From Saliphagus infecundisoli (GTDB lineage Archaea > Halobacteriota > Halobacteria > Halobacteriales > Natrialbaceae), in NCBI RefSeq assembly GCF_020177375.1, contig NZ_JAIWHV010000015.1, positions 1 through 64,000 of the forward strand: a stretch of DNA of 64,000 bases. The letters are read 5' to 3'. Both the position numbers and the translations under genes were made by a program. This document shows positions 39,830 through 51,718 of the stretch, piece by piece (the stretch's first letter is position 1; every line of letters begins with the position of its first letter). The notes below the pieces were generated by a model. That model was given only the letters and a program-made list of their open reading frames with translations. It ran no database searches and was not told the origin of the DNA.

Positions 39830-40677
39830 AGATGCGTCGGGGTGACGACACCGGGCCGATCGAGCCTGAGACGGTCCCCGACTTCGACCTCCTCGATGGC
39901 GTATGGGTACTCGAACGTCGTCGCCGCCGCCTTCAGCGCGCCGGGGTCTGCCTGAATCGACCGCCAGCGACGCCAGTGAGTGGGTACGAGTCGGTCGATA
40001 CCGACGGCGTTGGCGGCGTCGATCACGTCCTGGGCGTCGTTGTAGAGTTTTCGTCGGACGACCTCGCCGTCGTCACCCAGCCGGCGGGCGGTGGTTCCGT
40101 ACGAGACCATTCCGAGATCCACGTCGAACTCGTCACCGACCGCGTCGAGCGCCTCGCAGGGACGGTTGTCGCCGCCGTGGAAGACCGTCCCCTCCGGCGT
40201 CTCGATGACGTAGGTGACGCTGCCCGCGGCGTCGGGGTCGTTCCCGCCGCGAACGTGGACGGTCAGTTCCCCGACCGCGACGCTGTCGCCGGGTTCGACG
40301 GCGACCTGGCTCTCCTCGGGAACGTCGCTCACATCGTGGATGTCGTAGCACTCGGCCGGGGCGTGGACGGCACCACCGTGGTCTAGCAGCGGGCCGAACG
40401 AGGGCGGCCAGAAGTGGTCGCGGTGGTCGTGGGTACAGAACACGGCATCACACTCCTCGGCCCATCCCGGCTCCATCGGGACGGGAGGCATCCGTGCGAT
40501 GTACTCGCGGTCCCGTTCGGTGCTGAAGTACGGATCGATGTAGACGGTCGTCTCCGGCGTCCGGATGGCCCACCCGGTGACGCCGAGAAACCACAGCGAG
40601 ACGCTCTCAACCTCGACACCCTCCAGCTCCTCGCGAATCCACCACTCGCCCCAGTCGCTGGTGATCGTCATCGACAC
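39817..40677 (-). CDS. MBL-fold metallo-hydrolase
   Basis: THDHRDH (HxHxDH) motif. Confidence 0.75.
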   Translation of the reverse strand: MSMTITSDWGEWWIREELEGVEVESVSLWFLGVTGWAIRTPETTVYIDPYFSTERDREYIARMPPVPMEPGWAEECDAVFCTHDHRDHFWPPSFGPLLDHGGAVHAPAECYDIHDVSDVPEESQVAVEPGDSVAVGELTVHVRGGNDPDAAGSVTYVIETPEGTVFHGGDNRPCEALDAVGDEFDVDLGMVSYGTTARRLGDDGEVVRRKLYNDAQDVIDAANAVGIDRLVPTHWRRWRSIQADPGALKAAATTFEYPYAIEEVEVGDRLRLDRPGVVTPTHLDDG

Positions 40678-40768
40678 ACCCGCCGAGTCGTCCCGTCGGT
40701 CTCCCCGCGTCGGGTCATAGAACAGCAGTTCGTACGGCTGGGCCTAAAGGTTCCGACGACAGCGATCC

Positions 40769-41197
40769 TCACCGAGACTGTTCGCCCCACGCCGGCGCGC
40801 CGTCGAGACCCGACAGCGCATGGTCTCGAAGGTGTGGCACGCAGAGCTCGACGAACGTCGTGAGATTGGCCGCAGCCGAGGGTTCATACCCGAAGATAAC
40901 GCCCCGTTCGTCGGGCTGGTTGAAATGGAGGAGGATCAACTCGTCGAAGAGGTGAAGCGAACAGTAGAACGAGCCGACGTCGAAGAGCCGTTCTCGGTCG
41001 GTATTGCCGCGAGCCTCGTCCCTGAACGCCTGCACGACGTCCTCGCTGTTGGTATCCCAGTTTTCGACCTGTTCGTACACCGCCGTCTCGCCATACAGGA
41101 ACCGCCACCCCTCCGGGTCGTACTCGACCACCATATGGAGCGTGTCGCCGGTCTCCTCAAGCAGAAACTCGATCAGGTCAGCCTCATTGTCACTCAT
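40769..41197 (-). CDS. hypothetical acidic protein (haloarchaea-type)
   Basis: The minus-strand frame has a protein-like acidic composition. The overlapping plus-strand ORF was judged antisense. Confidence 0.45.
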   Translation of the reverse strand: MSDNEADLIEFLLEETGDTLHMVVEYDPEGWRFLYGETAVYEQVENWDTNSEDVVQAFRDEARGNTDRERLFDVGSFYCSLHLFDELILLHFNQPDERGVIFGYEPSAAANLTTFVELCVPHLRDHALSGLDGAPAWGEQSR

Positions 41198-41385
41198 ACG
41201 CCATCCCCTCGGTGGCGTTCGTCGGCCCAATGCGACGGCCCGTTTCGAGAAAACCCATGTCGTATAGTGAAAGTATAACCATCAAAAAGGTATCGTTCTC
41301 TGAAAAAACGGGCGGCCGAGCGCCGGCCACCAGTCGACCGGGAACGAGCGAGTCTCCGTCGAACGGATCCGGAGACGACGTTCGG

Positions 41386-41784
41386 ATGCCGGAGCTAGTC
41401 AGAAGACGTATCACTCGGAACGAGGTAGTGGCTGGTATGAAACTGCGCCAGCCGACGGATTTCCTGATCCTCGAGGCGCTCGAAGAGAGAGGGCGCAACG
41501 TCGCGACGAACCTGCAGGCTCACACGGGCAAGAGCCGCCAGAACATCAACACCCGGCTGCCCGTGTTAGCGGACTACGGGCTGATCAGGAAGATCGGGCC
41601 CGCCGAACGCTCGGGCCTCTATGAGATCACCCCGAATGGAAAGGCCGCCCTGATCCACCGAGAGAAGTACGGCGAGGTAGACGACTTCGAGGCACTGCTC
41701 GAGGGGCCGACTGCGGAGATCGACGACCAGGCCGGCGCCGCCGGGTTCGCACGCTGCGAGTCCGAGGACGGCGACTCGGAGTAG
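41386..41784 (+). CDS. winged-helix transcriptional regulator (phiH1-repressor-like / MarR-type)
   Basis: DFLILEALEERGRNVATNLQAHTGKSRQNINTRLPVLADYGLIRK is a wHTH. Start is uncertain (41386 or 41437). Confidence 0.55.
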   Translation: MPELVRRRITRNEVVAGMKLRQPTDFLILEALEERGRNVATNLQAHTGKSRQNINTRLPVLADYGLIRKIGPAERSGLYEITPNGKAALIHREKYGEVDDFEALLEGPTAEIDDQAGAAGFARCESEDGDSE

Positions 41785-41993
41785 CCTCCCGTCGTACACG
41801 TGGGGGCGACGCCGCGTCGAAGGCAATCCCTTCTGACGAGTATATTGATAGGAGATCGATATGAACCGGTGTGAGTTGGACCGTGTTTTCGGAGAGTAGA
41901 ATCCCACAGACCCTCGAAACAGTTATCTCCTCTGAGAACCTATCAACTATAGCAAGAGTATGAGTCATCGACTCGTTCTCCCACCACACCACC

Positions 41994-42698
41994 ATGCTTA
42001 CCACAGCGTTCGAGTACCTCCGGACTAGCACCGACTGGGAGCGCACCGTCCTCATCGGCGGACTCCTCACCGTCTTCAGCTTCCTGCTGATCCCGGCGTT
42101 CGTCGTAATGGGATATCTCCTCGGCGTGTTCCGTGCGACGATGCACGGCGACACCGAACGGCCGCCCGTCTTCGACGACTGGGGAGCCCTGGCGGTCGAC
42201 GGGCTGAAAGGCTACGTCATCGCCTTCGTCTACGGGTTGGTCCCTGCCGTCGTCCTCGGCGGGACGTTCGTCTTCGGGTTCGCCGGCCTCGCCTCCGGCA
42301 GCGACGCGGGCGCCCTGACCGGCGGGCTCGTCCTGCTTACCGGCGGTCTCCTCACCGCTGGCCTCTGGCTCGCAGTGGCCTACGTCCTTCCCGCCGCGCT
42401 CCTGAACTACGCCGAGACCGGTCGTCTCGGCGCGGGGTTCGCCGTCGGTGACATTACCCCGATGCTCACGAACCGGGCATACATGCGGGCGTTCGCCTAC
42501 GCCCTCGTCGCTGGCGTCGCCTTCGGCGTCGTCGCCGGGCTCTTGAACATCGTCCCGGTGCTCGGGGCCATCGCGAGCGCGTTCGTCGGCTTCTACGTGG
42601 CCGTCACGGTCGCGTACATCTACGGGCGGACCTACGCCGAGATGCACGTCGTCGACGTCGCCGACGGGAACGCGATCGACGAGAACGCCGCGATCTGA
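41994..42698 (+). CDS. DUF4013 family membrane protein
   Basis: Multi-TM protein with a Gly/Ala-rich helix pattern typical of DUF4013. Confidence 0.65.
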   Translation: MLTTAFEYLRTSTDWERTVLIGGLLTVFSFLLIPAFVVMGYLLGVFRATMHGDTERPPVFDDWGALAVDGLKGYVIAFVYGLVPAVVLGGTFVFGFAGLASGSDAGALTGGLVLLTGGLLTAGLWLAVAYVLPAALLNYAETGRLGAGFAVGDITPMLTNRAYMRAFAYALVAGVAFGVVAGLLNIVPVLGAIASAFVGFYVAVTVAYIYGRTYAEMHVVDVADGNAIDENAAI

Positions 42699-42925
42699 GC
42701 GAGCGCTCCCGTCCTCGCTCGACTGGCTGCACCCTTTTGGAACTACCACACAATGACCACTCATGAGACGATCCACGGACCCACGACCGATCCACACGAC
42801 CGAACTCGCCAGGAGATGCGCCCTCGAGGGACACCACCGTTCGCAGACTGGACGACGCGGCGAGGGCGGCGCGAGGAGAGCCTCGTGACCGGTCGACACG
42901 GCGATCAACGCGACGCCACCGGCCT

Positions 42926-43729
42926 ATGATCGCAGTCGGCGTGACGCTGCCGACGGGACTCGGCCAGCTCGCGCTGCTCGCGGGCGCACTGGTCGGTGCC
43001 CTGGTCGCGTTCGGCTATGGACTCACGGAGCTACGGACGGCCTACCGAATGCACACGACGGCGGGCCACACCGTCGCGGACGTTGCCAACTACCCGGGAC
43101 CGGTCGAGATCGAGGGCGTCGTCAGCGCGACGACCAAGGCGCTGGCCGCGCCGTTTACCGGCACCGACTGCGTTGTCTACGAGTACACGATCGAGGAGCT
43201 GCGCCGGGACAAAGACGGCGATCGGACGTGGAAGACGATCGATTCGGGCGAGAAACGAGTCCCGTTTCGCGTCGAGGACGACACCGGAAGCGTGCTGGTC
43301 GAGCCGGCCGGCGCGACCCTGCGCCTCGAGCACGAGCGCGTGGTCCGCTCACCGGTGGACGAGACGCCGCCCGCCGCGATCGGCGACTTCCTCTCGACGC
43401 TCGAGCTGGGCGGGTTCGGGATCGACCTCGGACGGGACCGCCGGTACATCGAACGCCGGATCGACGTCGGCGAGCCCGTCTACGTCTTCGGGCCGGCACG
43501 CCACGACCCGACCGCGAGCACGGCGGCCGGCGAGGTCAACGCGGTCATCGGCCACACACAGGAGAGGGGAGTCCGCGAGCGACTCGCCGATCGGCTCCTG
43601 GGTCGGACCCTGTTCGTGCTCGCCGACGGGAGCGAGACAGCGGCGCTGTCCCGGACCCTCAAAAGCGCCCTGGTCGCCGGACTTCTCGGCGTGTTCGTCC
43701 TCGTCGTCACCGGAGTCGTCCTCACGTAG
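42926..43729 (+). CDS. membrane protein, two terminal TM helices flanking a soluble domain (GIDE-like topology)
   Basis: N-terminal and C-terminal hydrophobic helices. No clear enzymatic motif. Confidence 0.5.
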   Translation: MIAVGVTLPTGLGQLALLAGALVGALVAFGYGLTELRTAYRMHTTAGHTVADVANYPGPVEIEGVVSATTKALAAPFTGTDCVVYEYTIEELRRDKDGDRTWKTIDSGEKRVPFRVEDDTGSVLVEPAGATLRLEHERVVRSPVDETPPAAIGDFLSTLELGGFGIDLGRDRRYIERRIDVGEPVYVFGPARHDPTASTAAGEVNAVIGHTQERGVRERLADRLLGRTLFVLADGSETAALSRTLKSALVAGLLGVFVLVVTGVVLT

Positions 43730-44273
43730 CGAGAGAGAAGATCGACTGCACGAATCCATGCAGTCAAGTACCCCACCCTAACGCTCACCTACGGCTCGCG
43801 TTTGGTGACGGGGCTTGTCTTCGCGGTGGGCCAGCCGGTACTGGCGATGTAATTGACCGTCGCCTCGCGCTATGTGTCTTCGGGGCGTAAACCGTCTGAG
43901 AAGGGGTCAACAGCACTCTTAGCGGATCGCGTCGAAAACACACTCGAGTACCTGCCTCGAACTCGCACCCTCGGCTCGTTGCCTCCTCGGACGACCGTCT
44001 CGAATACGGGCCTCATGAGATGTCGGTGTCGGCAGCCGACCGGAACGATACTGGTGTCGGAGGTTCAGTCCATCCCTCTTCGCGTCTCCGTCGTTCCGTG
44101 AACCCGTATCGGCGTGAGTGTGATGCCCATTCAGGGCTGGGGAACATACTTATCCGGACTGGCCATCCAATCGCCTGGACTCGTATGCAGTGGATACCAC
44201 TGACCGACAGGATACGCCGTCAGTAAGCGGTTCGCGCGACCGCCCGTTGGAGGGCCGTAGCGAGCTGCGATCG

Positions 44274-44540
44274 ATGGCGTGGAGAGAACCCATGGACGAT
44301 GCCGAACTACTCCGTCGAGAACGCCGTGCCGCACGTGAAGAGCTGGTCCGCAAGCGATCCCGCGACGATGAACAAACGGGACCAGCCACCACGGGAAGCC
44401 GACTACCGCTCATGCCCGACCGTGACGACAAGTTCCTCCGTCTAGCGTTGATGAGCGTCGACGAACTCGAGTTGCACGTCGAACGGCTCGACCGCGACCT
44501 GGTGGACCTCGAAAACGGATTCGACGAAATCGAGGAGTGA
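44274..44540 (+). CDS. hypothetical small coiled-coil protein
   Basis: Charged helical sequence. Start is uncertain. Confidence 0.3.
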   Translation: MAWREPMDDAELLRRERRAAREELVRKRSRDDEQTGPATTGSRLPLMPDRDDKFLRLALMSVDELELHVERLDRDLVDLENGFDEIEE

Positions 44541-44551
44541 CGTGAGTGCTG

Positions 44552-45979
44552 TTAGTTCGAACCCCTCCTCCCGGGCGGGGTGAGATCGACAGTGACGGTC
44601 TCGGTGTCATCGTCGATCGAGACGGTGGTCTCACCGGAGAGCTCCCCCTTCTCAGCGGTGATCTGATAGTCTCCTTTGAACCCACGCGTGGTGTACCGGC
44701 CGTCACAGCCGGTTTCGCCGCGCTCGTCGGTCCACCACTCCTCGAAGACGAGTTCCTGGAACTTCTCGCCGTGGGGCCGCACCGTCCAATCGTCGTTGTA
44801 GTATGCACCGGTGGGTCGCCAGTGGTCGCCGGCCCAGAAGCCCCAGGACATGACGCCTTCGACGGCCTCGTGGCTGAACGACGCCGTCAAGAAGTCCCGA
44901 AGGAAGTCGGTCTGCCACTCGACCAGCTCCTCGTTCTCACGACTCTCGATCTGGATGTCGAACTCGGTGATCAGGATCGGCAGACCGAGGTCGCCGTACA
45001 TGTCGTAGGTTTCGAGCAGCTCCTTCGGGGGCGTCACGTTCCCGTTGGGCTGCTGGACGTGGCCCATGAAGCCGACCCCGTCGACGGGCGCCCCATCATC
45101 GAGGAGCCGTTCGACGAACTCGTAGTGCTGGTCGCGGAAGAAATCGCCGGCGACCGCACCCATCTCGTTCGTGTACAGCTCGCCGTCGGTCGCCTGGGCC
45201 CCCGCGTTCCACCACTCGAGGACGGCGTCCCAACCGAGGTCGGCCCCGTCCTCGGCGCGGAAATTGGGCTGCCAGATGGGGTGGTTGTGCATGTCCCACT
45301 CGGTGACCAAGTCTCCGACGTCGGTCGCGTGGTTCTGGATGCGCTCGGTGACGAGCTGGCGGAGTTCTTCGTCCGAGAGCGAGTCGGGGTTGTCGATCGA
45401 CATGCCGCCGCCGCCGTCGGTGCCGTACTCCTCCCAGAGGAGATAGTGTCCGCGGGCCGGGATATCGTGTTCCTCGAGCCACTCGAGCGTCTCGATGGCG
45501 CCCTCCTTGCTGTCACCCCAGGGACCCAGGAAGGAGGGGTACTTCAGCCCGTTCTCGATGACGGCCTTGTTGAAGTCCTCGAGGAACGTCTCGCGGTAGC
45601 GCTCGTCATCCTCGCTGTCGCCGAGGATGTGACTCACCGAGACGGCACTCCCGAAGTCGAACGCGTGGTCGGCCATTGTGACGTCGACCGTGGCATCGTT
45701 CATCGGCTGGCCGCCAGGATTGCGGACCTCGACCTCGAAGTCCGTCTTCCGGATCTCCTCGATGCGTTCGTGGGCGGCCTCGCGCCATGGTGCGTCCTCG
45801 GAACGACCATCGTAGGTTACTGGGTCCTGCGCCGCTGCAGCCGGCATTCCTCCTGCTGCCGTGCCGACGCCAAGCGTTCCGAGTACACCGAGCGTCTGCA
45901 GGTACCCACGGCGATCGATCGACAGGGTGTCTCGTTGGCTCTCCGATCCGGACTCCGGACCCGAGTCGTTATTAGTCAT
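44552..45979 (-). CDS. Tat-secreted glycoside hydrolase family 10 (endo-1,4-beta-xylanase-like)
   Basis: RRGYLQTLGVLG Tat signal. The GH10 nucleophile region LPILITEFDI. Confidence 0.75.
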   Translation of the reverse strand: MTNNDSGPESGSESQRDTLSIDRRGYLQTLGVLGTLGVGTAAGGMPAAAAQDPVTYDGRSEDAPWREAAHERIEEIRKTDFEVEVRNPGGQPMNDATVDVTMADHAFDFGSAVSVSHILGDSEDDERYRETFLEDFNKAVIENGLKYPSFLGPWGDSKEGAIETLEWLEEHDIPARGHYLLWEEYGTDGGGGMSIDNPDSLSDEELRQLVTERIQNHATDVGDLVTEWDMHNHPIWQPNFRAEDGADLGWDAVLEWWNAGAQATDGELYTNEMGAVAGDFFRDQHYEFVERLLDDGAPVDGVGFMGHVQQPNGNVTPPKELLETYDMYGDLGLPILITEFDIQIESRENEELVEWQTDFLRDFLTASFSHEAVEGVMSWGFWAGDHWRPTGAYYNDDWTVRPHGEKFQELVFEEWWTDERGETGCDGRYTTRGFKGDYQITAEKGELSGETTVSIDDDTETVTVDLTPPGRRGSN

Positions 45980-46328
45980 GGATGTTTCCCACGGTTTCTG
46001 TAACTAATTCTTATGATTATTAATGCGTGGATACGAGACAGTGTTTCCGGGTCGGGAATAGACCCGTTTTGGTGTCCGTCTCGGATGCACGTGGACAACT
46101 ATCGTCTCCGGTGGCTCCTCAAGCGGGTGTCTCTCGGGGTGATCGCCGCCGATCGCTCTCAGGGAGATCCGCCAGTAGTGGACTGTGAGAGCAGACCGCG
46201 TGGGAGTGGCGTGGTGGATTCGTAGAGCGTGAGGGGACAGTACGTTCGGAGTTGCTTCGGAGATATACTCCCACGGTGATCTCGTGGGCTTCCCACGCCC
46301 GCCAACGGGCGGTTCGTTGCTGGGACCA

Positions 46329-47414
46329 TCAGTCATCCCCCGTCCCGGTGTTGACGTCTACGCTGTCGGCCTCAATGCTCCCCATGTCGGGCGTGGTCCG
46401 TTCACCCCGGATAGACTGGACCTTGCCCAGCGCGATGGCGCAGATGTAGATTCCCACGGCCACGAGGACGATGACCCCACCGGCCGTGACCCCGCCGTAG
46501 TAGGCGACGGCGATACCCAACAACACTGCGAGCTCCGCGAGGACGACCGAAACAACGAGCGATTCGGAGAAGCTTCGGGACACTTGGGTCGCGCCCGCGA
46601 CTGGAACTACGAGCATCGCAGCGACGAGGATGACGCCCATGATCTGCATCGCGCCGACGACGACCATCGCCGTCAGCATCACCATCACCCGGTTGTACCA
46701 GTTGACGGGGATGCCGGAGACGGCGGCTGCGGTCTCGTCGAACGTCACGTACAGGAGCTGGTTGCGCGTCACGGCCACCGTCCCGACGATGACGGCAAAC
46801 AGCACCAAGAGGATGGCCGCACTCTGGGGCGACACCGTCGAGAGGTTGCCAAAGAGAAACTGGTTGACGCCGACGGCGAGTCCGCCCGCATTGAGGCTGA
46901 TGAGCGTCGTTCCCAGCGCGAACCCCGTCGACAGGACGATGGCCATCGAGACGTCGTTATAGGCGTCCGTGACTTCGGAGATGAGCTCGATGAAGAGCGC
47001 GGCGATCATCGCCACGACGACGGCGGTGAGATATGGTGATACTCCGAGGTCGATGACGGCGTTCAGGAACAGCCCGATGGCGACCCCGGCGAACGCGGTG
47101 TGAGCCAGCGCGTCTCCGATGAGTGCGAGCTGTCGGTGGACGAGGAACGTCCCGATGAGCGGCGCCATCACGCCGACACAGAGCCCAACGAGTATCGCCC
47201 GGTGCATGAACCGGTACCGCGGGTTCAGCATCTCCAGACCCGTCACGTAGTACACCCAGTCCATCAGCCAGTACCACTGGTCCAAAACCCACAGGAGGAC
47301 GCCGAAGACGAGGTCGCCGACGGCGCCGAGCCAGCTTTGCAGCGAGAGCAAGAGCGACGGGTCTACGATGGCGAGCACGCTCGCTCCGAGCGTGGCCGCG
47401 ACGTCCACGCTCAT
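46329..47414 (-). CDS. metal (Zn/Mn) ABC transporter permease, ABC-3 family (ZnuB-like)
   Basis: Eight or nine TM segments matching the ABC-3 pattern. Confidence 0.85.
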   Translation of the reverse strand: MSVDVAATLGASVLAIVDPSLLLSLQSWLGAVGDLVFGVLLWVLDQWYWLMDWVYYVTGLEMLNPRYRFMHRAILVGLCVGVMAPLIGTFLVHRQLALIGDALAHTAFAGVAIGLFLNAVIDLGVSPYLTAVVVAMIAALFIELISEVTDAYNDVSMAIVLSTGFALGTTLISLNAGGLAVGVNQFLFGNLSTVSPQSAAILLVLFAVIVGTVAVTRNQLLYVTFDETAAAVSGIPVNWYNRVMVMLTAMVVVGAMQIMGVILVAAMLVVPVAGATQVSRSFSESLVVSVVLAELAVLLGIAVAYYGGVTAGGVIVLVAVGIYICAIALGKVQSIRGERTTPDMGSIEADSVDVNTGTGDD

Positions 47415-48235
47415 CCGTCGACCTCCCCGAGAAACCTCGCCTCGGTTCCAAACGCCCGTGCCAGCGCGTCGCTGTCGACGAACTCGTCGGTCGGGCCGTC
47501 GAAGTAGACCTCGCGGTTCAGGCAGACGACGCGGTCAGCGTGCTCGACGACCGCCCCGAGATCGTGTTCGATGAGGAGGACGGTGATACCCTCGGCGTTG
47601 AGCGCTGCCAGCAGGTCGTAGAAGGCGTCGACCGACTCGGCATCGACGCCGACGGTCGGCTCGTCCAGGACGAGCAGGTCGGCCTCGCTCGCCAGCGCCC
47701 GCGCGATGAACGCACGCTGGCGCTGGCCACCCGAGAGCTGTGTGACGCGCCGGTCGGCGAACCCGCTCATCCCGACGGTCGCGAGCGCGTCGTCAACGAT
47801 GGTCCAGTCCGCGCTCGACAGGCGGCCAAACCCCACGTGTGGGAACCGCCCCATCTTCACGACCTCGCGAACGGTGATCGGCATCTCCTTCGTCGCGCTG
47901 GCTTGCTGGGCGACGTAGCCGACCCGCTCGCCGTCGTCGAAACGGGCGGCGCGCTCACCGAACAGATTGGCTGTACCCCTGTCAGGCTCACGCAGGCCCA
48001 CCATCAGCTGCATCAGCGTCGACTTCCCAGAGCCGTTCGGCCCCACGATGGCGACGTACTCACCGGGGTCGATCGTCAGCGAGACGTCCTCGACCACGGG
48101 TGTTGCCGTGTAGCCGAAGGTGACCTCCGAAACGTCAATGACCGGCTCGGTCGCTGGGGCGTCCGACTCCATCGTGGTGGGCGTCTGCTCAGCTGTGCCG
48201 GCTGCGCTCCCGGAATCGGTGTCGTGTGTGCTCAT
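47411..48235 (-). CDS. metal ABC transporter ATP-binding protein (ZnuC-like)
   Basis: Walker A GPNGSGKST, signature LSGGQRQR, Walker B LLVLDEPT. Confidence 0.85.
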   Translation of the reverse strand: MSTHDTDSGSAAGTAEQTPTTMESDAPATEPVIDVSEVTFGYTATPVVEDVSLTIDPGEYVAIVGPNGSGKSTLMQLMVGLREPDRGTANLFGERAARFDDGERVGYVAQQASATKEMPITVREVVKMGRFPHVGFGRLSSADWTIVDDALATVGMSGFADRRVTQLSGGQRQRAFIARALASEADLLVLDEPTVGVDAESVDAFYDLLAALNAEGITVLLIEHDLGAVVEHADRVVCLNREVYFDGPTDEFVDSDALARAFGTEARFLGEVDG

Positions 48236-49323
48236 ATCGGTTCAAAATTTCGCCACTGTTCTAGCCAGTCCTCCGACGGAGCTGCGTCCTCGGGTGGTTT
48301 GTTGCCGAGGACGATCTCGAATGTCGGCATGTTGATGTTGTACGCGATCTCTTCATACCCCCAGTTCTCCGCGACCCAGTCTTCGCGGACGCCGGCGTAT
48401 GGCGTCACGGGGAAGTACGCCTCCACAGCCGTCTCGCGGACGAGCTGCTGGGCCGGGCGTTGGGACTCAAAGACCCCGTTAGCGATGTACGTGATCTCGT
48501 TCTCTCGGATGATCTCCGCCGCTTCGCGTACGTCCTCGGGTTTGACGTCGTTGCTCGCCGCCAAGTTCGTCACTAACGGCCGCATCTGCACGCCGTAGCG
48601 CACTCCAATGTACTGGAACGCGTTGTGCGCGGCCAACTGGACGATATCGCGCGTGGATCGATCGAAGACGGCCTCGTAATCCGCGTCGATGCGGTCGAGC
48701 ACATCGGTCTTGTACGCCTTGGCGTTCTCGTGGACGGTGTCGGCGTGCTCCGGGACGATCTCGGCGAATCCGTCGGCGATGTTATCGACGGATTGCTTCG
48801 CGCGTCGCGGATCCAGCCAGAAGTGGGGATCTTTCCCGCGATTCTCCCCCACCCCCTCCTCCTCGCGGTCGAGGGACGAGGCGAGATCCGCTAGATCGAT
48901 GCCCTCCCGGACGTTGATGAGTGCCGTCTCGACGTCGTCGGCCGTGATCGTTTGGATGGCGCGGTCGGCCCAGGGTTGGAACTCGTCCCCGACGTGGATG
49001 AACGCGTCCGCCTCGATGATGCGCTGGGTGATATCAGCGTTGGGCTCCCACCCGTGGCCATGCAGTCCCGTCGGGACGAGGTTCTCTACCGTCAGCGGGG
49101 TCCCGTCGGCGATCTGCCGGCCGAAGTCGAAGAAGCTGAAAAACGAGGCCACGGCGACCGGCCCGTCGCTCCCATCGTCACTATCACTCCCGGTCTCTAC
49201 CGGCGCGCTCGGCAGCGCCGTGCATCCGGCCACTCCCGCCAGCACCGCCACACCGCCTGTACGAAGCGCGTCCCGTCGCGTCACTGCTCGCCCGTCAGAT
49301 ATCTCGTGTGACATGGTTATCAA
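48232..49323 (-). CDS. metal ABC transporter substrate-binding lipoprotein (ZnuA/TroA-like)
   Basis: TRRDALRTGG Tat motif, lipobox LAGVAGC, acidic linker, and the His-containing metal-binding core. Confidence 0.8.
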   Translation of the reverse strand: MITMSHEISDGRAVTRRDALRTGGVAVLAGVAGCTALPSAPVETGSDSDDGSDGPVAVASFFSFFDFGRQIADGTPLTVENLVPTGLHGHGWEPNADITQRIIEADAFIHVGDEFQPWADRAIQTITADDVETALINVREGIDLADLASSLDREEEGVGENRGKDPHFWLDPRRAKQSVDNIADGFAEIVPEHADTVHENAKAYKTDVLDRIDADYEAVFDRSTRDIVQLAAHNAFQYIGVRYGVQMRPLVTNLAASNDVKPEDVREAAEIIRENEITYIANGVFESQRPAQQLVRETAVEAYFPVTPYAGVREDWVAENWGYEEIAYNINMPTFEIVLGNKPPEDAAPSEDWLEQWRNFEPI

Positions 49324-49643
49324 AACTCTGGATTAGCCGTATCTAATTCTCAATTTGCTACGCCCACATATATAGATTATGGACGTGGAAACGTGGCAGA
49401 TGAGGTGAACGACCGCCAGAAGCGTACTGTCTTGTTCGCGTGGGTAGAGGCTGCTCTACACCTGTCGGCGGGAAGGCCGTGAGCAAGTATTGCTTCCGAA
49501 CGACCCGACAGTGGGCCGGCTCCCTCTCGTTCACCGAAGCTCGGATGGTCTTTCGCCCGCGCGCCAGGGATCATCTTTCTCGCAGGCGTTCAGTCGGCCC
49601 CGTATAACTTATCTATTTGGGGAATAGACCCACTTTTAGGTAA

Positions 49644-51578
<1,935 letters not shown>

Positions 51579-51671
51579 CCAAGTAAATTATTTTCCGTCT
51601 GAAAGCAGAAGCCACCGAGAGGAATCCTCCCGTGTCCGTGTTGGTCTCGGACACTACGCGCAGATTCACTA

Positions 51672-51699
51672 CCAGCCGCACACGACCTTGTGCGGCTGG
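51672..51699. terminator. 10-bp-stem hairpin CCAGCCGCAC-N8-GTGCGGCTGG followed by a T-rich tract, between convergent gyrB and the DUF3604 gene
   Basis: Seen in sequence. Confidence 0.45.
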
Positions 51700-51718
51700 A
51701 TTTCGTTAGCTATCCGTG

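Noticed and set aside
40820-41278. 152-aa plus-strand ORF
   Set aside because: It overlaps a more protein-like acidic minus-strand ORF. Judged antisense.
43730-44190. 460-bp intergenic region inspected for RNase P, SRP RNA or tRNA
   Set aside because: No conserved RNA motifs recognisable by eye. Cannot support an RNA gene call.
44546-46003. 485-aa plus-strand ORF
   Set aside because: Antisense to the GH10 xylanase gene.
46284-47039. His/Asp/Arg-rich 251-aa ORF
   Set aside because: Antisense to the ZnuB permease. Composition is an artefact of the GC-rich reverse frame.
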